A stretch of DNA of 46,996 nt from an uncultured Clostridia bacterium. GTDB taxonomy: Bacteria > Bacillota > Clostridia > Christensenellales > UBA1242. The notes beneath the pieces were generated by a model. The model ran no database searches, had not been told where the DNA came from, and saw only the letters and a program-made list of their open reading frames with translations. Positions 1 through 8,540 of this stretch are shown here, in pieces. The number at the start of each line of letters is the position of its first letter. The stretch's first letter is position 1. The position numbers were made by a program, and so were the translations under genes. The DNA is taken from assembly GCA_946484195.1 (NCBI GenBank), contig CAMLSW010000002.1:1-46996 (forward strand). Direction: 5' to 3'.

Positions 1-53
1 TATAAACATCAGCCTCACCCTTGCAAGCAAGTTCGGCTTCCGATAATATAAAC
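1..53 (-). repeat. edge-truncated inverted copy of the ~76-nt structured repeat (see 21364-21440 and 21502-21577)
   Basis: The reverse complement of 1-53 matches 21511-21563 base for base (53/53 by eye). The window starts inside the element. Confidence 0.9.
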
Positions 54-180
54 TAATAAAAAACCAAAATAATTTTAGACAAATTCAAAAGTTATGAGAT
101 AAACTTGAATAACACAATTTTGGTATAGAATATAAGGAATTTAAGGGGATTTGATAGCACTAAAAAGCATAAGAAAAGAA

Positions 181-237
181 GTGTAGGGTGCACCTCTTAA
201 TCGAAGGGTCGGGGGTTCGAGCCCCCGCAGTCCACCA
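181..237 (+). ncRNA. tRNA/tmRNA-like 3' terminal domain (T-arm, 7-nt acceptor 3' strand, discriminator A, encoded CCA); either the 3' end of ssrA whose 5' part lies off-window, or a 3' fragment/att scar
   Basis: 'gtgtagggtgcacc..tcgaagggtc GGGGG ttcgag CCCCC gcagtcc a cca' resembles tmRNA 3' ends (GUAGG..UCGGAC + T-arm + U70-type acceptor + ACCA). No complementary 5' acceptor strand (ggRctgc) exists in 1-180. With the CCA in register the T-loop has only 6 nt. A 15-bp hairpin follows immediately. Confidence 0.45.
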
Positions 238-240
238 GAA

Positions 241-275
241 CAGAAATCACTTTGCATTTTGCAAAGTGATTTCTG
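241..275. terminator. perfect 15-bp hairpin after the tRNA-like end and downstream of the minus-strand CDS 329-1759
   Basis: cagaaatcactttgc / gcaaagtgatttctg with a 5-nt loop. Only a weak T-tract on either side. Confidence 0.5.
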
Positions 276-328
276 TTAGCACGTAAAAAAGAAGCAAGTA
301 AAAACTTACTTCTAAAAACAATAATTAT

Positions 329-1759
329 TTATTTTAATACGATCTTACCTTTATAGAAACTTCCCTCTTTCTCTTCAATTTTTTGTCTTTCAGCTTCAAG
401 CATTTCATAATTTAGAGACAAGATATTTGTTAAATTTAAGGTGTTTTCATAAATTATAAGCAAACTATTTTTTGTGCTGGTTTTTAGATTAGAAATAGCA
501 TTTTTCATAGACAAATAGATTTCTTCTTTATTTTTGTGACTTGCAAGGTTGGGGAAATCAATATTGATATTTTTTAATTTGCAAAGGTCTTTAACAAGTT
601 GGAGAAAATCCACGATAACCCTCGAGCCTATTTTTTGTTGAATTACAAGTTCTGGCGTTTCTTTTGGAATGGTCTTATTTTTCTTAGACAAATATTCATT
701 TCTTTTAGCTTTGTCAAAAATAACATCAATCATCTCCAATTTTTCTTCAAATTTTTTAATGATTTCTTCAAATAATTCATCGCTTGTGGGAGCAATGATA
801 TTGCATTTTTCAATAAAACTATTTGCATTTTTCTCACGCCAAAACTTTTTTTTCAGTTGAGCTATGGTCATTTCTTCATATCTTTGTGTGAATTCCTGTT
901 TGATTGTGGTTTTATTTTCTTGTATGTAATCATTTGCAAAAACAAATTCCTCACCAAAAGTTTGTAAATAAATTTCGTAAAGTTTATCATAGTCTTCAAT
1001 TATTTTGTTTACTGTATGATGAACGTTGAAAGTTTCTGGAATGATTATGCTTTTCTTTAAATATTTTTCAAATATTTCATCGTCTTGAAAATATAAAGCT
1101 TTAAGCTCAGAAAGCTGTTTAAAGCTTGTATATCTAGCATCAAATTCTATGGGAAATATGTAATTTTCTCTTGTATAGTCAAATTCCACATTTGCTTTTC
1201 TTAATTTTTCATATATTGTGTTGAAAAGGGCGGTGAATATGAGTACTATACTTTGTGTATCGTTTGGGAATTCTTTTATGTCAAGAAATTTTTTGTAATC
1301 ATCTTGAACAATATGTTCGCATTCGTGATAAATTGTTTCGAGAATCTCGTATTTTGTAGTTTTATAACTGCCAACCATATTAAAATACCTTCCTGCGCCT
1401 GCTTCTTTGTATTTTTTGATAAAATCATATAAGATATCTTCAAATTCAGTGCGAGTAGATTTGAAAGGGTAGTTTTTATAAAAAAGTTCTATTTTTACCA
1501 AATGATTTTCGTCTAAATCATCAATTTTTAAATTTGACAACATTTCAATTCGCGTTTTGTTGAAAGAGATGTTTGTATCTGAAACACTGCCAGACTTACC
1601 AAAAAGTCTACTTTCATCAAAGGATATAGTCATCTCTTTATTGATTTTATGCATTGAAAAGATAATTTTCATTATTTTATGTAATTTTTCTTTCAAAACG
1701 TCAAAATCTAGAGTAAAATTCTCTAAAAACTCTTTTGATTTTAAATAAAAACTGTCCAT
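329..1759 (-). CDS. hypothetical protein with an HExxH zinc-metallopeptidase-type motif (476 aa)
   Basis: Long ORF. ATG at 1759 is preceded by GGAGA; the 1855 start in the track is a TTG with no RBS. It has the motif 'IYHECEHIVQ' and a K/E-rich helical C-terminal half. No family recognised. Confidence 0.75.
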   Translation of the reverse strand: MDSFYLKSKEFLENFTLDFDVLKEKLHKIMKIIFSMHKINKEMTISFDESRLFGKSGSVSDTNISFNKTRIEMLSNLKIDDLDENHLVKIELFYKNYPFKSTRTEFEDILYDFIKKYKEAGAGRYFNMVGSYKTTKYEILETIYHECEHIVQDDYKKFLDIKEFPNDTQSIVLIFTALFNTIYEKLRKANVEFDYTRENYIFPIEFDARYTSFKQLSELKALYFQDDEIFEKYLKKSIIIPETFNVHHTVNKIIEDYDKLYEIYLQTFGEEFVFANDYIQENKTTIKQEFTQRYEEMTIAQLKKKFWREKNANSFIEKCNIIAPTSDELFEEIIKKFEEKLEMIDVIFDKAKRNEYLSKKNKTIPKETPELVIQQKIGSRVIVDFLQLVKDLCKLKNINIDFPNLASHKNKEEIYLSMKNAISNLKTSTKNSLLIIYENTLNLTNILSLNYEMLEAERQKIEEKEGSFYKGKIVLK

Positions 1760-1922
1760 AAAATTCTCCAATAAACACAATATTTGTAAACTAATGATAG
1801 TAATATAAAAATCATCAAATTCAAAAATTATTAATTTCACTTTTATAGATTGCAAATGCTAAAATTTGCACCTCAAAATATTATTCAATAAAAGCACCTA
1901 CTTGGTGTAAGTTAAAACCTAT

Positions 1923-2288
1923 TTATTCAACTGTATAAGGATTAAAGACAAGACAACCGTTATCACCGAGTTTTTCGATGTTGTCTAAGATTACAACCGC
2001 TTTGATATAATCAAGTTCTTCTACCCAATAAGCTTTGATTATTTTATCAATCGAGTATTCATTATAAACAAGATTTTCTTGTTCGCCTGCTTTAAGATAT
2101 TTTACAACAGCATCAAAATACTCATCTTTCATATTGTAAATAATAGGTGCATAGATAGAAATATCAGAGTGAGATGTAAGATTTTTGCTGTATTCCATAA
2201 ATAAACAATTAAAATCAACAAAACTCATTCTAGTTTTGTTTTCTTTCTCACAATTTTCACATTTTAAATTATCTTTTTCAATTTTCAT
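1923..2288 (-). CDS. hypothetical small protein (121 aa)
   Basis: ORF with an AAGGAGA RBS upstream of the ATG. Same strand as, and tightly spaced with, its neighbours. One CxxC pair near the N-terminus. Confidence 0.7.
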   Translation of the reverse strand: MKIEKDNLKCENCEKENKTRMSFVDFNCLFMEYSKNLTSHSDISIYAPIIYNMKDEYFDAVVKYLKAGEQENLVYNEYSIDKIIKAYWVEELDYIKAVVILDNIEKLGDNGCLVFNPYTVE

Positions 2289-2393
2289 TTTTTTTCTCCT
2301 TTTTTAACATTATTCTATTTTTGTCATATCTTGAAGTTTTTTTTAGACCGTTAGTTGTAATTGCTCATCCTTGTTGAGTAAAATGGCAACCTT

Positions 2394-3149
2394 TTAATAC
2401 GTTGGCTCTAATTTTTCTTCATCTTGTTCAATTAAAGTTAATTTATGATTGTCAGTTAATTCCACACCATTTTTAGTGGAAAATGAAATAAGTGTGCCAT
2501 CGTGCATTAAAATAGTGGACTCTGGTATAATATTTTCTTTTTCAAATTTTTTACATAACATATCTAAATATTGATTTGCATAAACATCAGAAAGTGATAA
2601 ATTGAGGCCATCAGGTTTGACGCCAAATTTTTCAAGTACCTCTTTATATTTGTTATAGAGAGTATTATGCTGTTGATTGATAGGTTTCGGATGGGTGTGA
2701 AAAATTGAAATTTTGACGTTTTTGTCGCATTGTTTGATAAAATCTTCAATCCTTTGCCAATCATATTCAACTGTTTGTGATAATCCAACTTTCATAGGCT
2801 CGTAATCTGTGTACTCGTTATTTTCCTTTGAGCCAGTAAGTAAATATGAATATTCTAAATTAGTTCCTGCCGTGTTTATTGCTTTTAGCAACCTATCTAA
2901 TTCCTTTTTGACTTTGGAAGAAAAATTGGGTTGATGTCCATTTTGTTGGGCGTTTTCTAGGCTTGTGTATGGAATTGGAAGGCAAGAGAAATCAAAATCG
3001 GCATTTGAATTGATTTCTTTAAAATCATTAGCGTCAAGTTTTAATAACATTTCTATACATAAGTCAAGAGTTTTTTCGTCTAAATGTTGGCAAATGTATC
3101 TGTTTGTCGGATTTGCGCTACATATTGTAAACATTTGTTCATCTGTCAT
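2394..3149 (-). CDS. hypothetical protein with JAB/MPN-like metalloenzyme signature (251 aa)
   Basis: ATG at 3149 has a GGAGA RBS. It contains 'LEYSYLLTG' (Glu), 'IFHTHPKP' (HxH) and 'LSLSD' (SxxD). The HxH-to-SxxD spacing is about 30 aa, much longer than canonical. Confidence 0.7.
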   Translation of the reverse strand: MTDEQMFTICSANPTNRYICQHLDEKTLDLCIEMLLKLDANDFKEINSNADFDFSCLPIPYTSLENAQQNGHQPNFSSKVKKELDRLLKAINTAGTNLEYSYLLTGSKENNEYTDYEPMKVGLSQTVEYDWQRIEDFIKQCDKNVKISIFHTHPKPINQQHNTLYNKYKEVLEKFGVKPDGLNLSLSDVYANQYLDMLCKKFEKENIIPESTILMHDGTLISFSTKNGVELTDNHKLTLIEQDEEKLEPTY

Positions 3150-3217
3150 ATATTTTCTCCAAAGTTCAATTTTATCATATACATAAAGTAAAAGCAAGTT
3201 ATATAAATTAATTTTTG

Positions 3218-3352
3218 ATAATCATTAGTAACTTATTTGCCTCAATAAATTCATCTTTCCATCTTATGTACCTATTGTCATTAAGATTTTCTTGAATGTC
3301 CTTGTCCCAAATTTTTTCAAGGTCTTCTATTGTTGCCTTTTTATAATAAAAC
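3218..3352 (-). pseudogene. possible N-terminal remnant of a GNAT-type acetyltransferase (44 codons)
   Basis: Translation 'MFYYKKATIEDLEKIWDKDIQENLNDNRYIRWKDEFIEANK..' resembles GNAT N-termini and then stops. Below the ORF-track size cut-off. Confidence 0.3.
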
Positions 3353-3672
3353 ATACGTTTTCTCCTTAAAAAATTTGTTGAAATTTTTCTATTAATAGGG
3401 TGGTGATTGTTTTAAATAGATTAAACATAGCTAAATTATAGCATATTTTCGCGTAAAAAATTTTTCTTTTATATCGCTATTATTCGTAATCATAGCAATA
3501 TTATTTGCAAAATTTCATTATTTATTTGTAATTTTTAACATTATGATTAAAATTGAGAATAATATTAGAATTTTAGATTTTTATTTTTAAAACCTTCACC
3601 AAGTAAATTATAGCAAAAATTAAATATTAGGTCAAAAATTTTTGTTAAGGTTTTTGATTAGTTTTGTTTTGC

Positions 3673-3701
3673 TTGATTTTTTGTTTTTATATGATTATAA
3701 T
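3673..3701 (+). promoter_or_regulatory. sigma-70-type promoter for valS
   Basis: TTGATT, 17-nt spacer, TATAAT, about 25 nt upstream of the valS RBS. Confidence 0.5.
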
Positions 3702-3725
3702 TATCTTTATTAGAAGGAGACTACA

Positions 3726-6323
3726 ATGGATAAAAACTACTGCCCAGAATTATTTGAAGGTGAGATTTATAAAAATTGGCTTGATAAAAATTATTTTGGA
3801 ACTAACCCTGACTCAAGGGAGCATTATAGTATAGTTATGCCACCACTCAATGTTACAGGTAAGGCGCACATTGGTCACGCCCTTGACAACACTATGCAAG
3901 ATATACTTATAAGAACTAAGAGAATGCAGGGGTACAATACTCTTTGGGTGCCAGGCACTGACCACGCAGCTATTGCTACCGAGCAGGTTTTGGTTAAAGA
4001 CCTAAAGCGCAATGGCGAGAGCAAGGAGAGTATTGGCCGTGAGGAGTTTTTAAAACGCGGTTGGCAATGGTACGGTAAATACACACACGTAATTTGCGAC
4101 CAGCTTAAAAAACTAGGCGTATCCTGCGACTGGAACAGGCTTGCCTTTACAATGGATGAAAATTTGAATAGAGCGGTAAGGCACGTATTTTGCCAGTATT
4201 ATAAGGAAGGGCTTATATATAAAGGTAAAAGGGTTGTAAACTATTGCCCAAGTTGTAAGACGACTATATCTGATAATGAGAATGTGCACGTAGACCAAAA
4301 CACATATCTTTGGTATATTAGATATCCTTTTGCTGATGGTAGTGGCGAGGTTGTCGTTGCAACAACGCGTCCTGAGACATTGTTTGGTGATACTGCCGTT
4401 GCTGTCAATCCAAATGACGCGCGTTTTAAAGGTCAGGTCGGCAAGGACCTAATTTTGCCACTCGTCAATAAGAAAATCAAACTTATTGCAGATGACTACT
4501 GCGAAATCGGCTTTGGTACGGGCGCCGTTAAGATTACTCCAGCACACGACCCTAATGACTATGAGGTGGGCTTAAGACACAACCTTGAAGTTGTCAACTG
4601 CATTGATGATGACGGAAAACTTACAGAATGTGCAGGGCAGTTTGCAGGACTTGATAGAATTGAGGCAAGACCGCTTATAGAAAAGGCTCTTATTGATGGC
4701 GGATATCTTGTAAAGAAAGAAAAGTACAAAAATCAGGTTGGCACTTGTGAGAGATGCGGGGCATTTACCGAGCCAAGAATATCAACACAGTGGTTTGTTA
4801 AAATGAAGGATTTGGCTCGACCTGCAATAGAGGCTGTAAAGACTGGCAAGTTGACCTTCCATCCAAAACGCTATGAAAAGACATATTTAAATTGGCTTGA
4901 AAACATACAAGATTGGTGTATCTCTCGTCAAATTTGGCTAGGGCATCGTATACCTGTGTTTACTTGCGCAAATGGACATACTTTTGCAAGTGAGGACTTC
5001 CCGACAGAGTGCCCGGTATGCAAGAGCGCAAAACTCGAGCAAGATAATGACGTGCTTGACACCTGGTTCTCGTCAGCGCTTTGGCCGTTCTCTACCCTTG
5101 GCTATCCTGAACAGACTGAGGACTTAAAATATTATTATCCAACATCAACTTTGGTTACAGGCTATGATATTATTACCTTCTGGGTGTCAAAAATGGTATT
5201 TTCTGGCATAAAATTTATGGGCGCTGTGCCTTTTAAAGATGTTGTAATACACGGGCTTGTTAGGGATATTCACGGCGTCAAGATGTCTAAGCACCTTGGC
5301 AATGGTGTTGACCCAATTGATATGATTGATAAATATGGCGCTGACGCACTTAGACTCAGCCTCATAAATGGTATGAGCGCAGGCACTGACATAAAATATG
5401 GTGAAGAAAAGGCAAAAGAGGCAAAAATATTTATCAATAAACTCTATAATGCTAGCAAATTTGTTTTGCAAAATGTAAAAGATATTGAAATTAAGCCAAT
5501 TGATAGGTTTAAATTACAAGAGAAAGATAAATGGATACTGTCCGAACTTGACAAATTAGTTAAGTCAGTCAATAAAAATATAGACAAGTACGCTCTTGGC
5601 GTTGCAACAAGTAATCTAATTGAGTTTACAGTTTCAAAATTCTGCGACTGGTATATTGAGCTTAGCAAGGTTGACCTATATAGCGGAAACGCCGAAGACA
5701 AGCAAAGAACGCAAAACATCTTGCTCTATACTTTATCAACGCTCCTTAAGGTGTTCCATCCTTTTATACCATTTGTTACAGAGTATATCTATAGAGAGCT
5801 CCCAGGCTCTGAAGAGACTATAATGTATTGTAGCTATCCTAAAAAGGTTGAACTTAAAGGGCTTAAAAATAATTTTGATAGGGTTATCAACATCATTCGT
5901 GCTATAAGGAACGCAAGGGCAGAGTTTAATGTGCCTGACAATAAAAAGACATCTATTTACATCTTGCCTGACGAGAAGGATGCTTTGATTGAAGAGAATC
6001 TTGAAGAGATTGCTAAGTTGTCGAGCGGAAGTGCCTGCAAGCTTATCGCCAGCGAGCCGGACGAAAAATGCACAAAGATAATCTGCGAAAATGTCAAAAT
6101 TTATTTGCCTATGGGGCAACTTGTAGACCAAGAGAAAGAGAAAATGCGTCTTGAAAAAGAGATTGAAAAGTTAAAGTTTGAGGTAGCACGCTCTGAAAAG
6201 ATGCTATCAAACCAAGGCTTTGTATCTAAGGCTCCTGAAAAGCTTATTACGCAGGAAAAAGAAAAACTTGAAAACAACCGTGCATTGCTTGCGAAAATAC
6301 AACAAGAATTTAATAGTCTATAG
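3726..6323 (+). CDS. valS: valine--tRNA ligase
   Basis: 865 aa. It has a class I HIGH-type motif 'GKAHIGHAL', a KMSKS-type 'VKMSKHLGN' and a C-terminal coiled coil. Strong GAAGGAGA RBS. Confidence 0.95.
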   Translation: MDKNYCPELFEGEIYKNWLDKNYFGTNPDSREHYSIVMPPLNVTGKAHIGHALDNTMQDILIRTKRMQGYNTLWVPGTDHAAIATEQVLVKDLKRNGESKESIGREEFLKRGWQWYGKYTHVICDQLKKLGVSCDWNRLAFTMDENLNRAVRHVFCQYYKEGLIYKGKRVVNYCPSCKTTISDNENVHVDQNTYLWYIRYPFADGSGEVVVATTRPETLFGDTAVAVNPNDARFKGQVGKDLILPLVNKKIKLIADDYCEIGFGTGAVKITPAHDPNDYEVGLRHNLEVVNCIDDDGKLTECAGQFAGLDRIEARPLIEKALIDGGYLVKKEKYKNQVGTCERCGAFTEPRISTQWFVKMKDLARPAIEAVKTGKLTFHPKRYEKTYLNWLENIQDWCISRQIWLGHRIPVFTCANGHTFASEDFPTECPVCKSAKLEQDNDVLDTWFSSALWPFSTLGYPEQTEDLKYYYPTSTLVTGYDIITFWVSKMVFSGIKFMGAVPFKDVVIHGLVRDIHGVKMSKHLGNGVDPIDMIDKYGADALRLSLINGMSAGTDIKYGEEKAKEAKIFINKLYNASKFVLQNVKDIEIKPIDRFKLQEKDKWILSELDKLVKSVNKNIDKYALGVATSNLIEFTVSKFCDWYIELSKVDLYSGNAEDKQRTQNILLYTLSTLLKVFHPFIPFVTEYIYRELPGSEETIMYCSYPKKVELKGLKNNFDRVINIIRAIRNARAEFNVPDNKKTSIYILPDEKDALIEENLEEIAKLSSGSACKLIASEPDEKCTKIICENVKIYLPMGQLVDQEKEKMRLEKEIEKLKFEVARSEKMLSNQGFVSKAPEKLITQEKEKLENNRALLAKIQQEFNSL

Positions 6324-6334
6324 ATGGTGAGTAG

Positions 6335-7087
6335 ATGAAATTTAAAGAGCTTTCAAAAAATGACAAGATTTTTAGGGTTATAAACCTAATATTTATGACA
6401 TTGCAAGCGCTAGCTTGTCTGGGACTTGCTATCTATTACATTTGCATTGATGACCCTGACAATAGATTGATGGCAAGTTTTGGTATGTTCATTGCTGTAC
6501 TTTTGCCTTTCCTATATGAGCTTGCCTTTAGAGTAAGGCTATCTAACATTGTCTTCTTCTTTATTCAATTCTATGCCTTGGTGGCGGGAGTGATAGGTTC
6601 GGTTTTAAATGTCTACTATCTTGTATCTTGGTACGATATTTTCGTTCACACACTTGCAGGCTATGTTTTTGCTGTGTTTGGAATATTTGTGTTTTCAAGA
6701 ATGGAAAATTATTCAAAATTAAAGAAATGGACGATTGTCGTGTTTTGCTTTTGCTTTACAATGACCTGCGAGCTTATTTGGGAGTTATTTGAGTGGGCTT
6801 CTGATAACTTGCTAGGGCAAACCGCACAAGGCTTGCCACCAGAGGGCTTCGATGTTCCACTTGTTACTGATACAATGGTTGATATATTGTGTAATTTCAT
6901 AGGCGGAATTGTATTTTGCACTCAATATTTACTCGGAAAAACTTTAAAATGCTCATTCGGAATTAAACTATATGAAAGGGAACTAGTTCCGCAAGAAAAA
7001 GTTAGTACAAAGCAGTTGCCAGTTTCAGACCCGTTAGAAACAGAAAATCTACCAGCCGAAGAGATTAAGCAAGAGGGCAAAGAATAA
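6335..7087 (+). CDS. multi-pass integral membrane protein (YjdF/DUF2238-like?)
   Basis: 250 aa with about 6 hydrophobic helices. RBS GGTGAG. Followed by an intrinsic terminator. Confidence 0.75.
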   Translation: MKFKELSKNDKIFRVINLIFMTLQALACLGLAIYYICIDDPDNRLMASFGMFIAVLLPFLYELAFRVRLSNIVFFFIQFYALVAGVIGSVLNVYYLVSWYDIFVHTLAGYVFAVFGIFVFSRMENYSKLKKWTIVVFCFCFTMTCELIWELFEWASDNLLGQTAQGLPPEGFDVPLVTDTMVDILCNFIGGIVFCTQYLLGKTLKCSFGIKLYERELVPQEKVSTKQLPVSDPLETENLPAEEIKQEGKE

Positions 7088-7115
7088 ATCCACATTTTTT
7101 GTGTGGATTTTTTTG
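7088..7115 (+). terminator. rho-independent terminator
   Basis: atccaca / tgtggat stem followed by a T7 run. Confidence 0.75.
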
Positions 7116-7333
7116 TGTAAATGTTTCATTTTGTTGCGATTTAAATAATAAAAACACTTCAAATTTACAATAATTATGATTGAATTATTAAAATATGTGC
7201 ATAAAAGTGGGGTGCACCCCAGAATTAATTAAAATTTATTAAAAATAATAAAAAATCAACCAAAAATATAGAAAAATATGTAATATATTTAATAAATTAA
7301 TGATTTTCTAGCAATAAATTATTAAAACCGAAC

Positions 7334-7367
7334 AAAAAACTGCAAACAAATTGATTTGCAGTTTTTT
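7334..7367 (-). terminator. bidirectional intrinsic terminator downstream of the DegV gene
   Basis: ctgcaaa / tttgcag stem flanked by an A-run and a T-run. Confidence 0.6.
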
Positions 7368-7503
7368 GATATCTTATAACTTTATAAGTTTTAATCGCAT
7401 AATTATTAAATAAATTTTTATTTAAGAACTATATATATTTTAAATATTTATTAATAATTACAAGATATTTTGTTTTTGAAAAATTTTTAATATTAATTAA
7501 TCA

Positions 7504-8346
7504 TTATTCCTTATCCTTAGAAAAGTATCCAAAACCGTAGCATTTTGCACCAACGTGAGAACCTACTACGCACCCAATTTCGCCGACTACTATGTCTTGA
7601 CCTGGGGCAAGCTTGTCTTTAACCTTTTCTTTTAATCTTTCAGCACCTTCAGGTATATCAGAATGCACGATATAGAATGAATAGTTTGTGTCCATATTCT
7701 CTATTTTGTTTAAGATATAATTTTCAGCTTTAGGCAATCCTTGACATTTAGCTATATTGAATAGTTTGCCATTTTCAATAGCGATAATCGGTTTAACTCC
7801 AAGTAAAGAGCCTACGATAGCGCTAGTCGAAGAAAGTCTACCACTATTTTTGAGATATTTAAGGTCATTGATTATGGCGTAGATATGTATATTGCGTCTA
7901 AGTCTGTAGAATTCTTCCTTAATTTTTTCAATGTCCTTTTCTTTTTCTATAAATTTGCAAAGCTCAATGATGATTGCCCCTTGTCCGAGGGTAGTAGAGG
8001 CACTCTCTTCAATAAAGACGTTTTTCATACCAAGGTTTTCTGCTGCCATTTGTGCTTGAAGTTTGGTTTGACTAAACTCCATAGATATAACAATTGTTAT
8101 AACAAAAACATCTTCTTGATTTACATATGGCTTGTAAAAATTTTCAAATTTATATGCATTAGGCATAGCGGTTTTAGGTATAAGCCCAGTAGACTGCATT
8201 TTGCTATAAAACTCCCTAGTCTCAAGTCCTTCAGGATACATATCATCGCCAAACATTACTTCAATTGGAATGATAGATATATCATATTTTTCCATATACT
8301 CCTTAGGTATATCACACGAAGCGTCGGCAACTATTTTGTATTTCAT
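7504..8346 (-). CDS. DegV family fatty-acid-binding protein
   Basis: 'MKYKIVADASCDIP..' N-terminus typical of DegV. ATG at 8346 has a GGAGGA RBS; the track start at 8358 is a TTG. Confidence 0.85.
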   Translation of the reverse strand: MKYKIVADASCDIPKEYMEKYDISIIPIEVMFGDDMYPEGLETREFYSKMQSTGLIPKTAMPNAYKFENFYKPYVNQEDVFVITIVISMEFSQTKLQAQMAAENLGMKNVFIEESASTTLGQGAIIIELCKFIEKEKDIEKIKEEFYRLRRNIHIYAIINDLKYLKNSGRLSSTSAIVGSLLGVKPIIAIENGKLFNIAKCQGLPKAENYILNKIENMDTNYSFYIVHSDIPEGAERLKEKVKDKLAPGQDIVVGEIGCVVGSHVGAKCYGFGYFSKDKE

Positions 8347-8466
8347 ATTATCCTCCAAATATAATTATATTAATTAGTTTTAATATACCAAATTTATAAA
8401 GATATGTAAAGTAAAAAAACAATTTTATTATAAATAAAAATATTTTTAAAAATTTTGCAAAAACAC

Positions 8467-8495
8467 TTGATTTTTTCATAAGTAGTGTTTATAAT
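8467..8495 (+). promoter_or_regulatory. lexA promoter
   Basis: TTGATT (8467-8472), 17-nt spacer, TATAAT (8490-8495). Confidence 0.6.
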
Positions 8496-8503
8496 ATTGT
8501 CAT

Positions 8504-8524
8504 AAAAGAACAAGGCGTTCTTTT
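8504..8524 (+). promoter_or_regulatory. palindromic operator candidate (Cheo/LexA-box-like, but GAAC-N5-GTTC)
   Basis: aaaagaac-aaggc-gttctttt: perfect 8-bp arms placed at about +1 to +20 of the lexA promoter. Confidence 0.5.
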
Positions 8525-8540
8525 AAAGTGCAAGGGGGCA

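Noticed and set aside
6-59. Possible tmRNA tag reading frame ('..ASPLQASSASDNIN' ending in the double stop TAA TAA)
   Set aside because: The C-terminus is not hydrophobic (no ..LAA/..VAA-type end). The same sequence recurs in inverted orientation at 21.5 kb as part of a repeat, so it is not a unique tag template.
147-237. Complete class II tRNA spanning 147-237, using 'ggatt' as a 5' acceptor strand
   Set aside because: Only 5 bp of acceptor pairing is possible (one of them G-U), and no D-arm or anticodon arm can be drawn.
1760-1855. Upstream extensions of several ORFs in the track (1855, 3197, 8358, 11039, 13958, 22388, 27880, 37557, 44196)
   Set aside because: Most extended starts are TTG or GTG codons without a Shine-Dalgarno (44196 is an ATG that overlaps the upstream gene). 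Internal start codons (ATG, or TTG at 44232) sit 4-8 nt after GGAGG-like sites and give N-termini typical of the families.
3354-3725. T-box leader upstream of valS
   Set aside because: There is no T-box sequence (..GGGTGGTACCGCG..), no specifier-loop architecture and no terminator/antiterminator pair. Only a plain promoter and RBS are present.
5736-6131. 131-aa antisense ORF inside valS. Similar shadow ORFs include 3875-4084, 5187-5471, 7885-8364, 40567-40992, 41168-41611, 44102-44569 and 46394-46795
   Set aside because: All lie wholly inside, and antisense to or out of frame with, confidently identified genes. They have no RBS and skewed composition, so they are treated as non-coding shadows.
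7088-7108. DnaA-box-like 'atccaca'/'tgtggat' (possible origin)
   Set aside because: The two halves are the arms of the intrinsic terminator of the 6335-7087 gene. There is no cluster of DnaA boxes here or upstream of the topoisomerase genes.
7203-7233. Weak similarity of 'aagtggggtgcaccccagaattaatt' to 178-203 of the tRNA-like fragment (possible second att copy)
   Set aside because: Only about 20 of 26 positions match, and these centre on a short gggtgcacc palindrome. The enclosed interval would include valS. Most likely chance.
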